From the NCBI RefSeq assembly GCF_009914755.1, contig NC_060927.1: a stretch of DNA of 64,000 nt. The stretch is one strand, 5' to 3'. This DNA comes from the human T2T-CHM13v2.0 reference genome, Homo sapiens. The notes beneath the pieces were generated by a model. The model made no database searches, had not been told where the DNA came from, and saw nothing but the letters and a program-made list of their open reading frames with translations. Position 1 is the first letter of the stretch. Each line of letters opens with the position of its first letter. A program made the position numbers and the translations under genes. Below, in pieces: positions 55,636 through 64,000 of the stretch.

Positions 55636-55906
55636 CAGAGTCTTGATCTGTTGCCTGGGCTGAAGTGCAGTGGTGCAATCACAGCTCACTGCAGCCTCAA
55701 ACTCCTGGGCTCAAGCATATCCTCCTGCCTCAGCCTCCCGAGTAGTTGGGACTACAGGCACATGCCACCATGCCCAGCTAATTTTTTTAGAAATGGGGAT
55801 TTTGCTTTGTTGCCCAGGCTGGCCTTGAACTCCTGGCTTCAAGCAATCCTCCCACTTTTGTCTCCCAAACTGTTGGGATTACAGGAGTGAGCCACCACAC
55901 CTGGTC
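55636..55906 (-). mobile_element. AluJ whose tail (~55253-55269) is separated by THE1
   Basis: gcaatcacagctcactgcagcctcaaactcctgggctcaagc. Confidence 0.92.
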
Positions 55907-57119
55907 CATGTACTCTTCTGATACTTGCTTCTGATACTTACTGCACAGGTTAACCAGAGGTGTCTCAGAGTGTTTAGGATACATGTTTCAGAATTCTGGG
56001 AAACGTGGTGCAAAACATTTCTCTCCTGTGCCTATTTTGTTTGCACCTCATGATAAATGTTCCTTTGGCAGTTTTATAAACAGATTGCTAAAATACCACC
56101 TTTCTTAAGTGTGACAAGCTTGCTGGAGAGGACTGCTGGGAGTTGGGTGGGCCAGGCGCAGTGAGTATCTGCCTTGGCCTGAGCTGGTGATTTGACAACA
56201 TGCAGGTCATTTGTTTGCAGAGTTGGCCCAGCTCGGAAAATTTTGAGATGCCATCCTTCAAGCAGACATGAAAATAACATGGCTGATCCTCTGAAAGCCA
56301 AACATGCTGTTTCTGTGTGAATTTTAATCTTCAAGAATGCCTCTTGGACCAACTTGTGAACAGCATGAAAGACAGTGCCTCACAGAATGTAAGAGGGTCT
56401 TAGACCTGGGAAGCCAGCTGGTCCGTAGTGGAAGCCTGCCCACCTGCCTGCCCCTAATCAGGTCTCTCTTAGGAGAAACAAGCTCTAGCTCAGTGAATGA
56501 AGCAAACACAGATAAAACTGGGTATTTACCAACCAAAACAACCAGTCTACAGAGCAACAATGAATTAGGTCATCTTGATAATGCATTCATAATCTCTAGA
56601 AACCTAATGTATTGTAAGGCAAAGGAGTATGTTATTTGAATTCATGTTCAATTAATGTAGAAATTAGTTGTAACTGGGTTCAGGCCTATCCATGCCACAG
56701 AGCACATGGAGTTCATTCTGTTTTACACATCATCACACCATCAATGGAATTCCATGTAAATTCCAGAGATTCCCAAAAGGCTCATAAACACATCTTAGTT
56801 GCTACATGAGGCATGTTGGATATCCAGAAAATAAAGTCTTAATTTGTAAAGTGAGGAAAAATACTAGATGCGTTGGGAAAGGAAAATGCCCAAGACTTCA
56901 TAGCTAATGGGAGTTGGTCCTTCAGGCAGAAAGCCTGTTTCCATTCACTGGCCCCAAAGTCCTATGTCCAGCAGGCTACAGAATGTTCTCAGCTGAGTGG
57001 TGCAATTCCTGTTGCCAAACAAACTTGCTTTGCATTTGAATGGTTTGGGTAAACCAATTTGTGACCTTTTGAAGCTCACAGATTATAGTCACAGCTTTTG
57101 CTTCCCTTTGAAAGGAATG

Positions 57120-57379
57120 ACTTAATATGGCCAATACAGTAGCCACTGACCATATTAAGCACTTGAAATGTAGCTGGTTGCAATTGGCATGCACTGGAAG
57201 AGTATAGCATATGCTGTATTTCAAAGACTTAACACACACACACAATGTCAGATAACTCCAAGATTTTTTAGAATTGATTTCATGTTGAAATGATAATGCT
57301 TTGAATATAGTGAATTAAGTATATTGTTAAAATTAATTTCACCTGTTAAAATTAATTTCATATTATTAAAATTAATTTC
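57120..57379 (+). mobile_element. MER33-like hAT-Charlie, truncated
   Basis: ccaatacagtagccactgacc...agcacttgaaatgtagctgg...catgttgaaatgataat...ttaaaattaatttcacctg. Confidence 0.8.
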
Positions 57380-57639
57380 TCTGAGGATAAAGACAGGGTG
57401 GGAGACAATGGAAGTGCATGCATTAGAAAAGATCCCAGCACTGTAGGAACACTTGGACCAGATTCATTCTTTCAGTGGATCCGCATATATTTTATGTGTG
57501 GTTACTAGTTGCTAAAGATTTAATGATGAACAAGGCATACATAGCAGGAGAGTTGGTGAGCATGTCATCTACAGTTGCAGTCTCACATCTTCACTCATAT
57601 TCTCTCCTCAGGCCATTCCTTTCAAGCTTCTCTGGACAC

Positions 57640-58160
57640 CATCACTCTATGAGGCTGCTTGGTCAAGGTCACCAATAACCTCTGTGTTGGCAGATGCAAT
57701 GGCCACCTCTCTGTTTATATCCTATTTCACTCTTACAGTATATAGTTGAACTCCTTCAAACACTTTTCTTTCTAGGCCTCCAAGATACTGCACTCACCTG
57801 ATTTTCTGCCTCTCTCCCCAACAGCTCCTTCTCAGTCTCCTTTGCTGATATCTCCTTCTTTGCTTGATGTTTATATGCTGAGCCTGCAATTTCTTCCTGC
57901 CACTATCTGTACAGATTGTCTGGGTAATCACATTTGATCCTGTGACTCTAAATAGAATCTATGCCCCTTCTTTCTGGAACTCCAAATTCATTATATCCAA
58001 CTGTCTACTCCCAACATCTCCAATTAAAATATCTAAAAGGCATCTTAAAATCAACATGACCAAAAAAAATTTGGTGGTTCTTTCCAAACCTGTTTTATTC
58101 TTAGCTTTCTCCATTTTGACAAATGCCAGATACAACTACCCCAGTTGCTGAAGTCAAAAA
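57640..58160 (+). mobile_element. L2 internal/3' fragment
   Basis: gtcaaggtcaccaataacctc...tatccaactgtctactcccaacatctcc...atcttaaaatcaacatgacc. Confidence 0.78.
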
Positions 58161-58169
58161 TGGAGAAGG

Positions 58170-59370
58170 GAGGACTTCTGGTTTCAAGATTGCTGAGTAA
58201 AGCAAAGCCCTTTCTGCCTTTCTTCTTTCAAAAACTACCCCCTAAATTACTAGAATAGAACAAAACAAAGGAATGCGAACCTCCATTTTAAATAAAACCA
58301 GAAGTCCTTGGTGATTTTGAACCATCAAGTATAAAGATAGAAAGAAGATGAAGAGGTGGGAAGAGGCTTAGCAGAGTGGATGCAAGTGAAACCTAAGCAC
58401 CTGTAGAGAGACAGACCAAGGAAGAGCAAGCTGGGTGACCACATGAGACCCTGAAGAAGCTCCAGAATGGGAGGCATACATTATCACTAAAGGCAGAAGT
58501 AGAGCACAGGGTTGCAAACATTGCAATTGAAGATCTGTATAAGCAGTAGTTGGACCTCCCCCTACTATCTCAACTAGACTATCCCTCTGGTAAACTCACA
58601 GTAGACAAAAGTTAGAGTCCCTGGAGAGATTGAACTAGAAGCGTACTGTATTTAGGAACCAAGGCACGGAAGTAGAAGAAAATTGCGTCGGCTAACTGAA
58701 AAGTACAACCACAGAAACTCCCAATCACCAGCTCCAGAAGTCAAAGGAAACTTGTAGACCATATCCAGGCAGGAGATCGGAGGATCCTTTCTGGAGAAAC
58801 TGAACTGCCACAGAGAAATTACCCAGAAACTGACAAATGAAGGTCTCTGTGAGAAAGCAAGATGGCCACACAGTTGCCCTACACTAAAACCCACCCACCA
58901 ACAAGTTCCACCCAAACACACATGATGGCTTAAGCTGAATTATGATATCCAAGGATGATCAGCCTTTAAGAAAAGTCTCTGGTATAGAAGAGAGAGATCA
59001 AAATTAAACAGAAAGCCAAAACTTAGAGGAAAAAGAGATGATGCAAAAAAGCCCCAAGACTTTAGATGCGGAAAGATAGAATTTAAAAATGGTAAAGAGA
59101 AAATTATATTAATATATAAAATTCTTACTAATTATATAGGAAGTATTTTCAGAACTGAAAGACCTAAGTTTCCAGATTGAAAGGGTCTCAGAAATGCACG
59201 AAAAAAGATATGTATCAAGGCACACCATCATAAAATTTAAGATCTCCAAAGCTAAATCAAGGCGTTCAAAATCTTTCAGAGAAAAGGCATGTCACATAAG
59301 TGTTAGAAATCAGAATGGCAGCAAATTTCTCAACCTCAACATTTAAAATAAAATATAATTAAAGCAATGA
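58170..59370 (+). mobile_element. Ancient L1M/HAL1 5'UTR-ORF1 relic
   Basis: gacttctggtttcaagattg 5' motif; ORF1-like ccagattgaaaggg...gaaatcagaatggcagcaaatttctcaac. Confidence 0.65.
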
Positions 59371-59372
59371 GT

Positions 59373-60145
59373 TCATGTGAAGAAAAGAGAACCCTTCTAC
59401 ACTGTTAATGTAAATTAGTACAGCCATTATGGAAAACTTTATGGAGGGTCCTCAAAAAACTAAATATAGAATTACCATGTGATCCAGCAATTCCACTTAA
59501 TGCATGAAATGATATTTACCCAAAATATTTGAAATCAGTTTGTCAAAGAGATGTCTGTATTCTCATGTTCATTACAGCACTATTCATAATTGCCAAGTTA
59601 TGGAATCAATCTGTGTCCATCAACAGATAAATGAATAAAGAAAATATGGTTTATATGTACAATGGAACATTATTTAGCCTTTAAAAAGAAGGGAATTCTC
59701 TCATTTGTGACAACATGGATGAACTGGACAACATTATCCTGAGTGAAATAAGCCAGGCACAGAAAGAGCTCGGTTATGTGTGGAATCTAAGACAGAAACA
59801 GTCAAACTCATAGAAGCAAAGGGTAGCATGGTGGTTACAGAGGCTAGAGAGTGGGAGGAATAAAGGGATCATGGTCAAAGGATACAAAATCTAAGACAGA
59901 AGGAATGAGGTTTTATTTTGTGACCTGTTGCACATCATGGTGAATATAGTTAATAATAGTGTATTATACATTTCAAAATTGCTAAGAGTAAATTTCAAAT
60001 GTTCTCAACAGGAAAATAATAAGTGAGGTAATGGATATGTTGATTAGCTTGACAATTATTCCACATCATATTCATAAATTATAACATTACTTTGTACCCC
60101 ATAATGTATACAATTATAAATTGTTGATTTATAATAAAATAAAAA
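59373..60145 (+). mobile_element. L1MA 3' end
   Basis: agaattaccatgtgatccagcaattccac...gagtgaaataagccaggcacagaaag...gctaagagtaaatttcaaatgttctca...aataaaataaaaa. Confidence 0.88.
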
Positions 60146-60469
60146 TATTATATTCAGAAGTGTTTTATAGAGCTAGTAGAGGTATGAGAAGACCTAGCCA
60201 GTGAGTCAAAAAAAGAGGCAATTAATAACTCTAGCTAAAACAAACATTTGGAAAAGAAAATTGTATATGTGAACTATAACTGAGATTACCTATATCTAGT
60301 ATGTAGGGAAAAAAGAATGAGTCCAAGAAAGATAGTACCCCAGTTACAGAAATGTCTAAAATCATTATACTTGATTCCAAGATAGTAAAAATAATATAAG
60401 GTTAGATCCCTCTACTGTGTTCTTTTCCATATTTACTTTCCTTCATGTTTATGAGTTTCAGGTATGAGT

Positions 60470-61900
60470 AACTAGGCGTAATGTGGTGTCACTTGCTAAG
60501 ACAGACAGCATGAAAAAGAAGCAAATATAGAGGATTGGGAAGCACTGGTTCGTGTCTTAATTTTGGATATGTTGCGTTTGAGGTGGTTGTTAGACATTGG
60601 GCAGGCAGGGGTATATTGGCTATATGGATCTGGAGCTCAGAAGGAAGGACTAGACTGGGGACATCTAACTGGGAAGGGTTGTAAAGGCATCAGTGACAGT
60701 GCTAAAGTTACCTAGAGAGGAAATGTAGTGTGAGAAGAGGGTCTGGAAACAATTCTTGAGGAATGATGAAACATTAGGGAGAGAGAAGGGGAAAGCATCT
60801 GGCAAAGGAGATTGGAAATGAGAAGACAGACAGGTAGAAAGAAAAGTCAGAGAGCGTAGCTCATGGAAACCAGGAGAAGCCTTCCTGACCCATAAGCCAC
60901 TTCCTAACATGAATTTAGATTCCTCTATTATCCTTCTTTTCACGTTGTACTTTCCCTCATGTACTAAGATGAAATGAATATTTATTTACGTAGTTGATTG
61001 ATTCATTTGTTCATTGAACAGTGCCAGAACTGTTCTAGGATGCAGATGCAGCAGGTACAAGTCAGACAAGGCCTTTGTTTTCATGAAGTTTATCTTCTAG
61101 TTGGGGTTAACAGTTGGGGATATTAAGGAAGGAAGTGGAGGAAGGACATGGTTAGTGTGTCAAATTCTTCTAATAAGTCAATGACAATGAGGACCAAAGA
61201 CTGTCTACTAAATTAAACCACACAGAGCTTATTGGACACATTAGCGTGGTAGAGACAGAAATGAGATCAGAAAGTCCTAAGGAACAAATGATGAACCAGT
61301 TGAGAAAGGAAATATAGACACATCTCATGGGGAGATTGAGCCAGAAGGGTGAGAAGAGAATAGTGATGGAGGAGATACAGGGAAAAATCCAGTTTAAGAT
61401 CAGAATAGTCAGAACGTGTTTAACAGATGATGAGAAGGACCCAGCTGCTAGAATGAGATTGAAAAGGTAAGAGAAAATAAGGGTAGATAACAAGCAGCAT
61501 AAAGTTTCTTAGAAGAGGTTTGGAAAGAGGGACCAGAGCACATATGGGGACCTTTGCCTTTGATGGCAGAAAGGACACTTTATCCATCATAGCAGGGTGG
61601 CAGGGATTTGCAGAGAATGATGAATTTTAAGTAGCAATTACAGGAAGCGTGCTTTAAGATCTAAAACATATGCATTCTTTATTCCCTACCATTGACTGGG
61701 GGCATTCATTTATTAAGAGGAGCAATAGAGGAAGAAGGTGAGGGACAATAGATGAGAGGGGCTTGTGAGGTCAAAAAAGAGTTGAAACAGGAGTATCCAA
61801 GCAAAAACACTGTAAAGAGAGAAGGCTGAGGACCAAAGAAAGGATACTTGAATTCATGAATTTAAAGATCTGTGGGCAGGAATGGGTGAGATGGAGTATA
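60470..61900 (-). mobile_element. Degraded L2 fragments
   Basis: ttttggatatgttgcgtttgagg...tggatctggagctcagaagg; attcatttgttcattgaac; GA-rich antisense L2 texture. Confidence 0.6.
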
Positions 61901-62058
61901 GGGGAAGGTTATCGGGAATGAAGAAACTCAGAATGTTCATGGCCAATGAATCAGATGGCCATCCAGTGTGATTCTGGTGTTGCCTAGGAGGATGGCAGGA
62001 GATGGAGTAGAGAAAAAGGCGGGGCTACAGTCCTCACAGCCTTTTGCCGACTGGTCTC

Positions 62059-62638
62059 TGTCAGGTCCTGGGGTCTGGGTCCAGCCCATGCTGAAGCCCA
62101 AGGGGAGTGGGTGGATGAGCAGAAAGAACACTCGGTGGGGGCATAGGCAGGTGAATATGGTTTTATTCAGCAGCAGCTCTCTTAGCAGCTTATTCACATT
62201 GTCCACCTTTATTTCAGCTGTTTGCTCTGGCACTGCGGCTCCTACAGCCTCCACGCCTGCAGCTGCATGGCCAGCTCTCCCTTGCCTTCAGGGTCAGCAG
62301 CTTAACTCTGTCTGTTTTGGGGCACCAGCGCACTGAGCTGTGTGGCTTCCTTCTGTCCGTCTGCAAGACAGACAGCTTTGGCTCTCTCTCTCCCTTTCTC
62401 TGGGCGCCAGCATGCCCACCATGTTAAGCCATATTGAACCTAGCTGAGCCCCAAGAGTCCCTGTACAGCGTTAGCAGGGAAATTTTACCTTTGTGACTTA
62501 AAGCAAAGTATGAGCTTACACAAAGAGGTTATATAACAAGCGGAGGTGTGCGCCTGCTTGCCAAAGTTGCTGAGTCATGCAGGCCCGGATATTCGCCTTG
62601 GCCTATTCCTTGACCAAAGCACATCCATGTACCTTACA
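62059..62638 (-). mobile_element. LTR18 (A/B-like) ERVL solo LTR, 580 bp
   Basis: Reverse complement begins TGTAAGGTACATGGATGTGCTTTGGTCAAGGAATAGGCC; ends CA; AATAAA on the minus strand ~62162; degenerate TSD gtctc / gcttc. Confidence 0.85.
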
Positions 62639-63038
62639 GCTTCGCTCATGGGACCCACCGAGGGGACTAAAAGTGGGAGAGGATGGATTCATCAACAAAA
62701 ATCTGGCCCTAAAGTCAGAAGAAAGGGTGTGCTGGGAGGCAAACCCCAAATGTTGACCGTGGTCCCAGTAGATGCACTATTTGGGACCAGCCTGCCTCAT
62801 AAGATCAGCCCTGGAATTGGGGCCAGGGATTTCTGTTGTTCCCTTCCACCTTTAAGCTCCACACTTTATAGTTAACATGGCACTTCACAGTTTACTTTAA
62901 AGCCAGAGGCCTGGGTGTTGCGTCAATAGTGGCATCCGTCTTCAGACAAAAGCCACATGTCCCAAGCAGTGTTTGGGGCAGGTCAGGCTTATGTTCCCTT
63001 AAGCTGCAGGTGGAGGAACACTGCCCTTTTATTTAGAG

Positions 63039-63231
63039 AAGTACTTCTCAAAAGTGCTTCAGCATATGCCAGCATCACCTAGAGGGCTTGTTAAAACGCA
63101 GATTGCTAGGTCCCAGCCCCAGAATTTCTGATTCAGAGGGGCTGGTGTCGGGTCAGAGAATTTGCATTTCTAACAAGTTTCTAGGTTATGGCAATGCTGC
63201 TGGTCTGGGGACTGCACTTTGAGGACCACTG
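63039..63231 (-). mobile_element. MER5A
   Basis: catcacctagagggcttgttaaaacgcagattgc...gaatttgcatttctaacaag...cactttgaggaccactg. Confidence 0.92.
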
Positions 63232-63239
63232 ATTTAGGC

Positions 63240-63380
63240 CACTGGTTCTCAATTCTGGCAGCACACTGGAATCACCTGGGGGGTTTTAAAACCCACTTGG
63301 TCTGGGGTAAGGCCTGAATATCAGGAATCTTCAAAGCTTTCCTGGTGATTATAAAATACAATGAGAGTTGAGAGACTCTG
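63240..63380. mobile_element. MER5B-like MITE in tandem with MER5A
   Basis: cactggttctcaattctggcagcacactggaatcacctgg...cctggtgatt...gttgagagactctg. Confidence 0.8.
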
Positions 63381-64000
63381 ATTTAGAGTATGAGCCCTGC
63401 TTGAGAAAAGCACATGGGACAATTGATTTCTTTCTCCCTTCAAGCGGCAGTGGATATTTACTTAATCTGTTTAGACATTCAGTTTCCAAGAGAGAGTTCA
63501 TTATGTATGTTACATCTACTATATCTCTGATATATTCCCTTATTTGACTTTGTGGGCTTTTTTCCCAGATCATCATAGACTGTGCTTTCCAATCCAGAGG
63601 GAAATTGTGGCGTTTATCTGAAACGACCCATTTAGATGGATTTGCAATTTAAAGGGAGATTTGGAAATGTGGCATATTTCATTTCATTAATGGAAGTGAC
63701 ATACATGGCTCATTAAGCCCCACCAGTAAGTTTCTACTTGAAAAACTTTATAACTTGCTGGTCAGCCTTGGGGGCCTTCACATACTCAAAAAACACATTT
63801 CAATTTGTAGGCGTTTATAATTTGGAATTCACAGTACTTGCTTCTAGGTTGTCTGCATTAGCAAGCTAGCAGCAACCAGGACTAAAGTGCTACACAGTGC
63901 CTTTTGCACTCAGGAAGTCATCGTTTATTTGTTATTTCTTGGTTGATTTATACTTAGCTAATTATTGCTCTACTCTTGGCCAGTTATAGTTTCTTCTGTA

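Overview
Primate, most likely human or hominoid, non-coding DNA dominated by interspersed repeats: 11 Alus (J, S and Y classes), two young L1PA insertions with target-site duplications (TSDs), older L1M/L2/MIR relics, ERV1/ERVL/MaLR solo LTRs, and hAT-Charlie and Tigger DNA transposon relics. I find no intact protein-coding gene. The longest ORFs are L1 ORF2 fragments and the rest are chance or Alu-derived. One strong 93-nt internal exon candidate (46301-46393, + strand) suggests the window lies in long introns of a lncRNA or a 5'UTR region, but I cannot name the gene. The sequence does not support a new biological system. The most unusual structures are: (i) a ~180-nt near-perfect foldback of ERV1 LTR U5 ends fused to a MER4-type LTR, the whole unit flanked by one 4-bp TSD; (ii) an identical non-consensus frameshift shared by two L1 copies 37 kb apart, a possible gene conversion; (iii) a twin-primed 5'-inverted L1PA3-like insertion; (iv) several template-switch palindrome scars; (v) two hAT MITEs stacked in the same 8-bp target. 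Subfamily names come from my recall of consensus sequences. Boundaries of old elements are approximate and need RepeatMasker/Dfam confirmation.
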